Source of the DNA: an uncultured Clostridia bacterium
GTDB taxonomy: Bacteria; Bacillota; Clostridia; Christensenellales; UBA1242
Length of the DNA stretch: 64,000 bases
NCBI GenBank assembly: GCA_930990975.1
Contig: CAKNRR010000002.1
Coordinates: 204-64,203 of the forward strand
Direction: 5' to 3'
In this document: one piece after another, positions 39,508-48,716 of the stretch
Layout: every line of letters starts with the position of its first letter
Position numbering within the stretch: the stretch's first letter is position 1
Notes under the pieces: model-generated
Database searches by the model: none
What the model saw: only the letters and a program-made list of their open reading frames with translations
What the model was told of the DNA's origin: nothing
Program-made: the position numbers and the translations under genes

Positions 39508-40524
39508 ATGGCACTAAAGAAAAAGCTAAGCATAGCAATGCTTATAGTATTGACAATTTTGATAGGTATGTTTTTGATGGCTTGTGATGATAAATCAAGT
39601 CAAGATAATACTCAAGATGAAGAAAATAATGAAAAACCTGTTGACCCAGGAGATAATGGAGATGAAAACAACAAACCACAAAAAGTAGCTATTGAAATTT
39701 CATCTTTTGACGATTTGCTTAGTATGGCTGACAAGTTTGATAGCATTAAAGACAATGAATATTTCTTGTTGACAACTGATATTGATTGTGATGGGCAAAG
39801 CTGGGAATCAGTAGGCAGTCTTAACAATCCTTATAGCTGTGAATTTGATGGTAATGGCTATACAATAAGTAACTTGGTTTTAGCAACAGAAGATTCAAAG
39901 GCAAGCTTTTGGGGAGTTGCTAAAGATTCATATATTCACGATGTAACTTTTTCAAACATAACTACATCTGCAGAAGATTATAGTGAAGAAGGTTTAAATG
40001 TTGGGCTTATAGCACAAGGATATAACGAACTTCAACTTGAGAACATAACATTGACAAGTTCACTTATAACAATCAATGCAAACAATCTAAAGAATTTTGG
40101 TGGAATAATAGCAGAAGACCATTCCACAGGCTTAAGAAAGAATTTGACAGTAAAAGATAGCTCATTCAATATTTCAACAATGGCAGGTTCTAATAATATA
40201 GGTTTAATTACAGGATATAGCACAAATCTAGTAATAGAAGATTGTAAAATAGAAAATATAACTGGTTCAGTATTATATATGGGAAGTGAAGGTTTATCAT
40301 TCGGCTTAATCTCTGGAAGACTTGAAGCAAATGAAACAGACTTATCCCAAGCAAGTATAACAAACTGCGTATATAACATAATAAATATTGAAATATTAAG
40401 TATGACAGAAGAAAATATAAATGTGGGCACAAACATTGGTTATGTTGATGAAAATGCTGTAGTAGAAACAGAAAACATATCTTCAACTGAAACCCAAATT
40501 TTATTCAATGGAAGTGCAATTTAA
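39508..40524 (+). CDS. Lipoprotein with GLUG-like / beta-helix repeat domain, paralogous to the C-domain of the 1062..3806 protein
   Basis: Lipobox IGMFLMAC-DD. FDGNGYTISNL, VGLIAQG, FGGIIAED, IGLITGY, FGLISGR parallel [33 protein letters not shown] in the larger protein. Confidence 0.6.
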   Translation: MALKKKLSIAMLIVLTILIGMFLMACDDKSSQDNTQDEENNEKPVDPGDNGDENNKPQKVAIEISSFDDLLSMADKFDSIKDNEYFLLTTDIDCDGQSWESVGSLNNPYSCEFDGNGYTISNLVLATEDSKASFWGVAKDSYIHDVTFSNITTSAEDYSEEGLNVGLIAQGYNELQLENITLTSSLITINANNLKNFGGIIAEDHSTGLRKNLTVKDSSFNISTMAGSNNIGLITGYSTNLVIEDCKIENITGSVLYMGSEGLSFGLISGRLEANETDLSQASITNCVYNIINIEILSMTEENINVGTNIGYVDENAVVETENISSTETQILFNGSAI

Positions 40525-40563
40525 AAAACAAAACTCTTTTAAGTATAAGAAAGGAGCAGCACT

Positions 40564-40592
40564 AAAAAAGCTTACAAATGGTAAGCTTTTTT
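40564..40592. terminator. Bidirectional terminator between convergent genes
   Basis: AAAAAGCTTAC-aaatg-GTAAGCTTTTT. Confidence 0.8.
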
Positions 40593-40627
40593 ATATAGGT
40601 ATTTATAAAAATGTGTTTGCTGATATT

Positions 40628-41497
40628 CTAAAATAGCTTTGTTAAACAGTCTTTAAAATCATTTGGAAATGGTATTTCAAAAGATAATACATTATCGAGA
40701 TATGGATGAAAAAATGACACATTTTTGCATATAAGGGCAGTATGTTTTATTAGGGTGGAAAGACTTCCGTAAATATTATCGCCTAATAATGGGCGGTTTA
40801 TTGATGAAAGATGCAATCTTATTTGGTGTGTACGGCCATGAACAAGCTCAAGCTTTATAAGACTATAATACTTATTAAATTTTATAGGATAAACATAGGT
40901 TGTGGCAGGCTTACCATCTTCAGCAATAACTCTTTGAAGGTCATTTCTTCCGTTCTCATTTATTGTCTTGATATTTTTATCAATTATTGTTTGAGAGCTT
41001 ATACAGCCTTCACAAATTGCATAATATTGTTTTTTGATTTCTTTTAAGTCTTTTTGAGCAATACTATCTTTGGCGACAATTATAATGCCAGCAGTGTCTT
41101 TGTCGAGTCTGTTTATTATTCTTAAAGTAAAATCAGGATCTTTAGTGTCCATATAATGACAAATAGCTCCAGCAAGATTATAATTATAATGAGAACGGCT
41201 TGGCATACATGGAAGTCCTGCGGGTTTGTTGATTAGCAGATAATACTCATCCTCATATACAATATCAAGTGGTATTATGCATTGCATAATACTGCTTTTA
41301 GGGCTGGGGTCACTGTTGACTTCTAAAATATCACCAGCTTTAAGGCTTGCATTGATGTTGGTTGGCTTGTCATTTATCTTAATGTATCCAAAAACTTTTC
41401 TTAAATTTGTTATATAATTTTCAGCAAATTGATTATCTTTTAAATAGTGGTAAATGCTTTTATAGTTTTTTGTTATATTGTATTTTCTGGTCTTCAT
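40628..41497 (-). CDS. RluA-family pseudouridine synthase
   Basis: Catalytic motif NRLDKDTAGIIIVAKD, plus HGRTHQIRLHL. Confidence 0.8.
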   Translation of the reverse strand: MKTRKYNITKNYKSIYHYLKDNQFAENYITNLRKVFGYIKINDKPTNINASLKAGDILEVNSDPSPKSSIMQCIIPLDIVYEDEYYLLINKPAGLPCMPSRSHYNYNLAGAICHYMDTKDPDFTLRIINRLDKDTAGIIIVAKDSIAQKDLKEIKKQYYAICEGCISSQTIIDKNIKTINENGRNDLQRVIAEDGKPATTYVYPIKFNKYYSLIKLELVHGRTHQIRLHLSSINRPLLGDNIYGSLSTLIKHTALICKNVSFFHPYLDNVLSFEIPFPNDFKDCLTKLF

Positions 41498-41649
41498 TTT
41501 CTATCCTTTATTTAATACTTTTTGAATATCTTTTCATAAATCTCATTTTGTAATCTTGTTTATATTTAAGTGTTATAGTATTATTTATAATTATAATGCA
41601 TTTTAATGTAAAAAGTAAATTGAATGAGAGATAAAATTCCCTTATTTGC

Positions 41650-41678
41650 TTGACATGATTTTTAATTTATAATATAAT
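41650..41678 (+). promoter_or_regulatory. Consensus sigma-A promoter for the pheST T-box leader
   Basis: TTGACA, 17 nt, TATAAT. Confidence 0.6.
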
Positions 41679-41694
41679 CTAAAACATAATAAAA

Positions 41695-41953
41695 GCTATG
41701 ATGAAAGAGTAGTAATAGAATTGATTTATCAAAGAGAGTTTGTCCTTGGCTGAAAGACAGATATAATAGATTTTATGAATTCACTTTCTAGCTACATTTA
41801 TGAAGTTTTGCATTGTTGTAATAAAGTGTAAAATGCGTAGTTTATGTCGTTATGCCTGCGTAAATGGTTTTAATAAGGATTGATAAAATCAATTAAAGTT
41901 AGGTGGTACCACGAAAAGTATTCTTTCGTCCTAATAGGAAGAATACTTTTTTT
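41695..41953 (+). promoter_or_regulatory. T-box riboswitch leader, Phe specifier (UUC)
   Basis: GA/K-turn ATGATGAAAGAGTAG. Stem I AGAGAG...TGGCTGAAAG. Specifier gaaTTCA (~41780). T-box AAAGTTAGGTGGTACCACG. Terminator AGTATTCTT...AAGAATACTTTTTTT. Confidence 0.8.
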
Positions 41954-42134
41954 ATATCAGATCCGAACTTGTTTGCAAGAGTTGGTTTTTGATAGTTGTA
42001 TATGCTATGGGATGAAAAGTAAAGTAATTAAATTTGTTTAGAATTTTTATTATTTTATGGCTATAAAATTTTAACATCACATGGTTTGTATTATTGAAGT
42101 TTATAAAGCAAATAAAAAATAATAGGAGGAAGTC

Positions 42135-43160
42135 ATGCTTAGTCAAGATTTGGCGAATATAAAAGAAGAAGTTTTAGAGAGTATAGAAAAGGCAAATGAT
42201 TTAAAAGAACTTAATGAGATAAGAGTAAGAGTTTTCGGGAAAACAGGGCTTATAACAAACATTTCAAAGGGTATGAGAGATGTATTGCCTGAAGATAGAC
42301 CAAAGGTTGGGGCTTTAATAAATGAGGTTAAAACCGCAATTGAGTGTAAATTGCAGGAGAAGATTGAACTACTTGAAAATATAGAACTCAATAAGAAACT
42401 TGAAGAAGAAAAAATAGATATTACAGAACCTTCTAAGGATAGCGAACTTGGGGCATTGCATCCAATCACTGATGTAATTGACAGATTGACAGATATTTGT
42501 GTTGATATGGGATTCTCGGTTGTTGAAGGCCCAGAGATAGAAACAGATTATTACAACTTTGAAGCTATGAATATACCTAAAAACCATCCTTCAAGAGATA
42601 TGCAAGACACTTTGTTTATAACAGAAGACATTTTGTTAAGATCACAAACATCAGCAGTTCAGGCTCGTGAAATGGAAAAGAGAAAGCCACCATTTAAAAT
42701 TGTATGCCCAGGTAAAACTTATAGAAATGACAATGATGCAACTCATAGCCCAGTGTTCCATCAAATGGAGGGGTTGGTTGTTGATGAAAATATCTCTATG
42801 GCAGACTTAAAAGCTATGCTTACAATATTGATGAAAAGGTTGTATGGAGAAGATACAAAAATAAGATTTAGACCTTCTTTCTTCCCATTCACAGAACCTA
42901 GCATAGAAGTTGATGTTTCATGTCCAAGCTGTCATGGTAAGGGATGTTCTTTATGTAAAGGAACAGGTATGCTTGAGCTTTTGGGCGCTGGAATTGTTAA
43001 CCCTAAAGTCTTAGAAATGTCCGGCATAGATAGTAAAAAGTATCGTGGATTTGCGTTTGGCTTTGGTTTAGATAGAACATCTATGATTTTGAACAGTATA
43101 AATAATATTAAAAATCTTTATAGAAATGATATAAGATTTTTAGAACAAATGAAAAAATAA
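42135..43160 (+). CDS. pheS: Phenylalanine--tRNA ligase alpha subunit
   Basis: FRPSFFPFTEPS and GFAFGFGLDR. Confidence 0.95.
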   Translation: MLSQDLANIKEEVLESIEKANDLKELNEIRVRVFGKTGLITNISKGMRDVLPEDRPKVGALINEVKTAIECKLQEKIELLENIELNKKLEEEKIDITEPSKDSELGALHPITDVIDRLTDICVDMGFSVVEGPEIETDYYNFEAMNIPKNHPSRDMQDTLFITEDILLRSQTSAVQAREMEKRKPPFKIVCPGKTYRNDNDATHSPVFHQMEGLVVDENISMADLKAMLTILMKRLYGEDTKIRFRPSFFPFTEPSIEVDVSCPSCHGKGCSLCKGTGMLELLGAGIVNPKVLEMSGIDSKKYRGFAFGFGLDRTSMILNSINNIKNLYRNDIRFLEQMKK

Positions 43161-43208
43161 AAACATTAACAAAAAAAAGATTTTGGATAATTGAATTAAG
43201 GAGAAAAT

Positions 43209-45608
43209 ATGAAAGTAACATATAAATGGATAAAAGATTTTGTAGATGTTAATGCAACTCCAGAAGATATTGCAAATAGATTGACAGATGCTGGAATGGA
43301 AGTTGAAGAAATCATATATCAAAATGAACATTTGCATGATGTTGTCGTTGGTAAGATTTTGAAAATAGAAAAACATCCACAGGCTGATAAATTGGTGGTT
43401 TGCCAAGTTGATATTGGGAAAGAAATAACTCAAATTATAACGGCAGCAACGAATGTTTTTGAAGGAGCTGTTGTTCCTGTAAGTTTGCCTGGGGCAGATT
43501 TGGTTAATGGCATAAAAATCCAAAAAGCCAAAATGCGTGGAGTTGAATCTTGTGGTATGTTTTGCTCAGGAGAAGAGCTTGGTATAGATGAAAATTATTA
43601 TGAAGGAGCTGGAGTCAACGGAATTCTTATCCTTCCAAACGATTTAAAAATTGGACAAGCTATCGACAAAGCATTGATGCTTGATGATGTGGTTTTTGAT
43701 ATAAATATAACACCTAATAGAGCCGATTGCATGAGTATTATTGGTATAGCTAGGGAAGTGTGTGCATTATATGGTCTTGAAATGAAGAAAGTTAACTTCA
43801 GTTATGACATAGATGTATACGCAAAAGACACAGTTAGAGATTATGTTAATGTTGAAGTTAACACGCCTAATTGCTTAAGATATATGGCTGCAGCTATAAC
43901 AAACTTAAAAATTGAAAGATCTCCATTATGGATGAGGGCAAAATTGAATGCCGTAGGAATCAAGCCAATCAATACTATGGTAGATATTACAAATTATGTT
44001 TTGATTGAAATGGGACAGCCACTTCATGCTTTTGACCAAGAATTGATTGGTGGTAGAAAAATTAATGTTCGTCAAGCCAAAATAGGAGAGGAAATAGAGG
44101 TATTAAATCATAATACTTATAAGCTTGATGAAAGTGTGATGGTTATCGCTGACCAAGAAAAACCAATGGTTATAGCAGGAGTTATTGGAGGAACAAACTC
44201 TTGTATTAATGACAATACAAAAACTTGTGTTTTAGAAGGAGCTGTTTTTGACTTAAAATCTATAAGAATAACAAGCAGAAAAATAGGAGTTCGTACAGAT
44301 TCATCTGCAAGATACGCAAAGGGAGTCAATGTCGCAAATGCAGAACTTGGTATAGTAAGAGCACTACATTTTGTATCTAAAATCGGTTGTGGTAAGGTTG
44401 TAAGGGGAATGATTGATATTTCTTCTGTCAAAAATGAAGAGAGGAAGATTGAGGTGTCTGTTGATTTGATTAATGATATTCTTGGCTTGCAGATAGATAG
44501 TAAGATTATGGTTAAATTATTGAATAATCTTGGAATTAAAACTGTATGCTATGGAAAGAAGCTTCAATGTATAATACCTCCTTATAGAGAAGATCTTGAA
44601 AATGATTATGACATAGCTGAAGAGGTTATAAGATTGTATGGCTATAGTGTCTATGATAATATGCAATATGATCTCTTTAAGAATGCCAAAGTTACCGAAG
44701 GAGAACATCATCCTAGACTTCTTATGGAAAGAAAGTTTAGAAACGCATTGGTAGAAAGAGGTTTTTATGAAAATGTTTCTTACACTTTAGTTCCAGAAGA
44801 GTCTCCTAAAAAATTGTTGTTGGATGATATTAGAGCAAATATAATAAAAATTGCAAACCCAATAAGCGAAGATATTGCTTGCATGAGAACTTCTTTGGCC
44901 CATTCATTATTTTCTAACATAGCTTATAATATAAGTGTTGGAAACAGAACAATGAAGATTTTTGAATGTGGAAGAGTTTATTTGACTGAAGAATTGCCTT
45001 TAGTAAAGCTTCCAAATGAAATAAATATGTTAGGCTTGGCTGTCTGTGATGAAGGATACGATTTTTATATTTTGAAAGGTGTTGTAGAATCGCTTTTAAG
45101 CAAAACCTCTGCTACTTATAAATTGGAAAGATCAAAACAACCATTCTTGCATCCTGGAATATCTGCTGACATTATAATCGGAGATAAAGTGATAGGAAGC
45201 TTTGGGAAAATTCATCCACAAGTTGCTAAGAATTATGACATTCCAAACAATGTGTTCTACGCAGAACTTAATGATGATTTCTTGATTGAGTTGGAGCCTG
45301 TTAAACGAGTATTTAAAAATATTTCTAAATATCCTATTGTAGAAAGAGATTTGGCCGTTGTGGTGGATGAGAAGGTTACAGCTGAAGAAATGTTGTCAGC
45401 AATCAAATCTTCATGTGGTAATTTGTATTACAATGCAAGCTTATTTGATGTTTATAGAAGTGCTAGTGTTGGCGAGAATAAAAAGAGTTTGGCATTCAAA
45501 ATCAAGCTTGTAGATATGAATAAAACTTTGACAGATGAAGAAGTTAATAAAGTGATGCAAAAGATATTAAAGTCATTTAATTATAGATTTGGAGCTGTTT
45601 TAAGATGA
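43209..45608 (+). CDS. pheT: Phenylalanine--tRNA ligase beta subunit
   Basis: tRNA-binding domain (VVGKILKIEKHPQADKLVVCQVD), then B3/4, B5 and FDX-ACB order. ~800 aa. Confidence 0.95.
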   Translation: MKVTYKWIKDFVDVNATPEDIANRLTDAGMEVEEIIYQNEHLHDVVVGKILKIEKHPQADKLVVCQVDIGKEITQIITAATNVFEGAVVPVSLPGADLVNGIKIQKAKMRGVESCGMFCSGEELGIDENYYEGAGVNGILILPNDLKIGQAIDKALMLDDVVFDINITPNRADCMSIIGIAREVCALYGLEMKKVNFSYDIDVYAKDTVRDYVNVEVNTPNCLRYMAAAITNLKIERSPLWMRAKLNAVGIKPINTMVDITNYVLIEMGQPLHAFDQELIGGRKINVRQAKIGEEIEVLNHNTYKLDESVMVIADQEKPMVIAGVIGGTNSCINDNTKTCVLEGAVFDLKSIRITSRKIGVRTDSSARYAKGVNVANAELGIVRALHFVSKIGCGKVVRGMIDISSVKNEERKIEVSVDLINDILGLQIDSKIMVKLLNNLGIKTVCYGKKLQCIIPPYREDLENDYDIAEEVIRLYGYSVYDNMQYDLFKNAKVTEGEHHPRLLMERKFRNALVERGFYENVSYTLVPEESPKKLLLDDIRANIIKIANPISEDIACMRTSLAHSLFSNIAYNISVGNRTMKIFECGRVYLTEELPLVKLPNEINMLGLAVCDEGYDFYILKGVVESLLSKTSATYKLERSKQPFLHPGISADIIIGDKVIGSFGKIHPQVAKNYDIPNNVFYAELNDDFLIELEPVKRVFKNISKYPIVERDLAVVVDEKVTAEEMLSAIKSSCGNLYYNASLFDVYRSASVGENKKSLAFKIKLVDMNKTLTDEEVNKVMQKILKSFNYRFGAVLR

Positions 45609-46723
45609 TTTATTTGGATAATGCAGCTACAACTCAAATGTTTGAAGGAGGGGTAGACATATATAAAAAATATGCCTGCCAATCTTTTTTTAACCCTTCA
45701 GCTGGTTATGCGCAGTCTATTGAAATAGCAAAAGAGTTAAATGTTGCAAGAGATAAGATTTTGAATAAATTAGGTTCGTCAAAAGGAAATATAATTTTCA
45801 CAGGAGGTGCAACTGAAAGCAATAATCTTGCAATTATGGGAAGCAAAAGAAATGGTAAATGGGAATATGTCTTTTCAGTCGGCGAGCATCCAAGTGTTTA
45901 TAATGTTGCAAGGGAACTAGAAAGTCAAGGACATATAGTGCACTTTGTAGGTTTACAAGAAAATGGACAAATTGATTATAATCAACTTGAAAAAGTTTTA
46001 AATTCAAAAACTAGATTAATTTCAGTTATGCATTCATCCAATGAAACTGGAGCTATTAATGATTTGCGACTTGTTGATAAAATAAGAAAAGACAAAAGTC
46101 CGCAAGCATTGTTGCATGTCGATGGTGTTCAAGCATTTTGTAAATTGGAATATAGAATAGATGATTATAATATAGATTTATATACCATTTCAGCACATAA
46201 GTTTCATGGACCAAAAGGTGTTGGGGCTTTATATGTAAGGAATTGTGCTTCATTAAAAAATATTGTTTTTGGTGGAGGACAAGAAAATGGGTATAGATCA
46301 GGGACTGAAAATGTGCCTGGTATTATGTCTATGGTTTACGCTATAGAAAATATAGATGTTAAACAAAATTATAGGCGTGTGAAAGAGCTTAACAAAAAAC
46401 TTAAAGAGATATTTTCAAAAGATGAAAATATAAGCTATGTGAATGGAAATAACCCTTATGTAATAAGTTTTGGTTTTGCTGGAGTGAACGGCGAAACATT
46501 GATGAGAGCTTTAGAAAATGAGGGTATAATAGTAGGGACAGGAAGTGCTTGTTCTGCTAAGAAAGCTGGAAATAGAATTTTGGAAAATTGTGGATTATCT
46601 AAAGATAAAGTGAAAACTCATATAAGAATTTCTTTTGATTTTAATCAAACGATTGACCAAATAGAAGAGGCTGGAGAAATAATTTTAAAAACATATCATA
46701 ATTTGCTGGAGAAAGTTAAATGA
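45605..46723 (+). CDS. Cysteine desulfurase (NifS/IscS/NifZ-like), partner of ThiI
   Basis: IYLDNAATT and SAHKFHGPKGVGALYVR. ATGA overlap with pheT and overlap with thiI. Confidence 0.75.
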   Translation: MIYLDNAATTQMFEGGVDIYKKYACQSFFNPSAGYAQSIEIAKELNVARDKILNKLGSSKGNIIFTGGATESNNLAIMGSKRNGKWEYVFSVGEHPSVYNVARELESQGHIVHFVGLQENGQIDYNQLEKVLNSKTRLISVMHSSNETGAINDLRLVDKIRKDKSPQALLHVDGVQAFCKLEYRIDDYNIDLYTISAHKFHGPKGVGALYVRNCASLKNIVFGGGQENGYRSGTENVPGIMSMVYAIENIDVKQNYRRVKELNKKLKEIFSKDENISYVNGNNPYVISFGFAGVNGETLMRALENEGIIVGTGSACSAKKAGNRILENCGLSKDKVKTHIRISFDFNQTIDQIEEAGEIILKTYHNLLEKVK

Positions 46724-47880
46724 GAGTTATATTATTGAGATTTGGAGAGTTGTACTTAAAGGGGCATAATAGAAATATATTTGAAAACACTTTGATTGAC
46801 AACATAAGAACTATGCTTAAGGGAGAAGATTTTAAATTTGAAAAAACTTTTGGTAGGTATGTAATATCTAATTTTAGCCAAGATGCAGAAAGTCGAATAG
46901 TTTTGAAATTGCAAAAGGTTTTTGGTCTTTATAGTTTAAGTATAGCAACTGAAGTTGACGCAAAGGAGCAAGATATATTGGAAGAAGTGCTAAAAATTGA
47001 TTGCCGAAATAACACTTTTAAAGTGTTTGTAAAAAGGGCGGACAAGGCATTTCCGATAAGCTCTATGGATTTTGCTAAGAAATTGGGAGAAGAGGTTCTT
47101 AATAAAAATGAAGGTTCTTCTGTAGATTTGTATAATCCTAATAAAACTATTTATGTCGATATAAGATTAAATAAGAAGGCTTATATCTTTAGTGATATAA
47201 TCAAATGTCAAGGAGGATTGCCTTTAGGAAGCTCAGGTAAAGGGTTGTTGCTTCTTTCTGGAGGAATAGATAGTCCGGTTGCAGGGTATTTGATGGCTAA
47301 AAGAGGAATGAAGCTTGAAGCTTTGCATTTTTATAGTTATCCATATACTTCCTTGCTTGCTAAGGAAAAGGTTATCACTTTGGCAAGAAAATTGTGTGAG
47401 TATGTGGGAGAAATCAAACTTCACATTGTGTCATTTACGACTGTGCAAGAGGAAATACATAAACATTGCCGTGAAGAGTATATGATTACAATAATGAGAA
47501 GAATTATGATGAGGGTTGCTGAAAAGATTTGTGATAAGAATGACTTGGGAGCAATCTTAACTGGGGAGAGCTTGGGACAGGTTGCAAGTCAAACTATGCA
47601 GAGTATGACATCAACAGAAAATGTCTTGGAAAAGAAGCCTGTCTTTAGACCATGTATTGCTATGGACAAAGAAGACATAATGGCAGTGGCAAAAAATATA
47701 GATACTTACGAAACTTCAATTTTGCCTTATGAAGATTGCTGTACTGTGTTCTTGCCAAAGAATCCTATTATTAAACCTATTTTAGAAAAGGTTGAGCATG
47801 AGGAAAGCTTCTTGGATATAGACAAGCTTGTAGAGGGGTGTCTGGGAAGCGAGGAGATAATGCGAATAACTTTAAATTAA
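46720..47880 (+). CDS. thiI: tRNA 4-thiouridine synthase ThiI
   Basis: RFGELYLKGHNRNIFE (THUMP region). PP-loop LLLSGGIDSPVA. Confidence 0.85.
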   Translation: MRVILLRFGELYLKGHNRNIFENTLIDNIRTMLKGEDFKFEKTFGRYVISNFSQDAESRIVLKLQKVFGLYSLSIATEVDAKEQDILEEVLKIDCRNNTFKVFVKRADKAFPISSMDFAKKLGEEVLNKNEGSSVDLYNPNKTIYVDIRLNKKAYIFSDIIKCQGGLPLGSSGKGLLLLSGGIDSPVAGYLMAKRGMKLEALHFYSYPYTSLLAKEKVITLARKLCEYVGEIKLHIVSFTTVQEEIHKHCREEYMITIMRRIMMRVAEKICDKNDLGAILTGESLGQVASQTMQSMTSTENVLEKKPVFRPCIAMDKEDIMAVAKNIDTYETSILPYEDCCTVFLPKNPIIKPILEKVEHEESFLDIDKLVEGCLGSEEIMRITLN

Positions 47881-47914
47881 ACATTGAATTTGTTTTTATG
47901 AGATTTATTGTGTG

Positions 47915-47946
47915 GGTGAAGCATTTATGTGCTTCGCCTTTTTTTG
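47915..47946 (+). terminator. Rho-independent terminator after thiI
   Basis: GGTGAAGCA-tttatg-TGCTTCGCC followed by a T run. Confidence 0.75.
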
Positions 47947-48126
47947 TTGTATAAATTTGGGCTTAAATGAAATTATGTATTGTTGCTGTTTGTTGTTCAT
48001 ATAAAGGGCGACAATCTTTTTATTGTATAAAATGTATACAAGGTAATATTTATAAATAGGTCATTTATAAACTTGCATATTATTCAATACATATTAAAAT
48101 CTTATGCATAATTATACAAAAATCAC

Positions 48127-48155
48127 TTGCATAATTATAAAAAATGATGTATAAT
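48127..48155 (+). promoter_or_regulatory. Sigma-A-like promoter for argR within an array of TTGCATA / ATGAAT repeats
   Basis: TTGCAT, 17 nt, TATAAT. Flanked by further TTGCATA/ATGCATA copies (~48073, ~48104) and two ATGAAT repeats (~48163, ~48178). Confidence 0.5.
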
Positions 48156-48250
48156 AATCAAAAATGAATGTATATCTATGAATTTATAAATATACATAAA
48201 TTGCTATATCCCTTTAAAATAAAGGAGAATAGCGATTTGAGGAGAGGATT

Positions 48251-48703
48251 ATGGCAAGAAGTGCTAGACAGTCAAAAATCTTGGAATTAATATCCACTAA
48301 AGAAATTGAGACTCAAGATGAATTGGCGAGAGAACTTAAGAATGCAAACTTTGATATCACGCAAGCGACTATTTCAAGAGATATCAAAGAGCTTGGTCTT
48401 ACAAAAATTCTCTCAAGTTCTGGCAAATATAAATATTGTTTTGTAGGCTCTGATGAGCAAGTCATCTCTAATAAATACATAACAATATTCAAAGAATCTG
48501 TCATATCTGTAAAAGTTGCAATGAACCTTGTTGTTATAAGAACGATGAAAGGTCTTGGCGCAGGACTTTCAAGTTTTGTCGATAAGCTTAATATAAATGA
48601 GCTTATGGGGGCTGTTAATGGAGATGATACAGTGATGTTAATTTTCCCTACAACCACACTTGCAAGTCAGGCAGTTGTCACTTTAAATGATATGTTAAAT
48701 TAA
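48251..48703 (+). CDS. argR: Arginine repressor
   Basis: RQSKILELISTKEIETQDELARELKNANFDITQATISRDIKELGL winged helix. C-terminal GDDTVMLIF. Confidence 0.85.
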   Translation: MARSARQSKILELISTKEIETQDELARELKNANFDITQATISRDIKELGLTKILSSSGKYKYCFVGSDEQVISNKYITIFKESVISVKVAMNLVVIRTMKGLGAGLSSFVDKLNINELMGAVNGDDTVMLIFPTTTLASQAVVTLNDMLN

Positions 48704-48716
48704 AAGGATGCTTATT

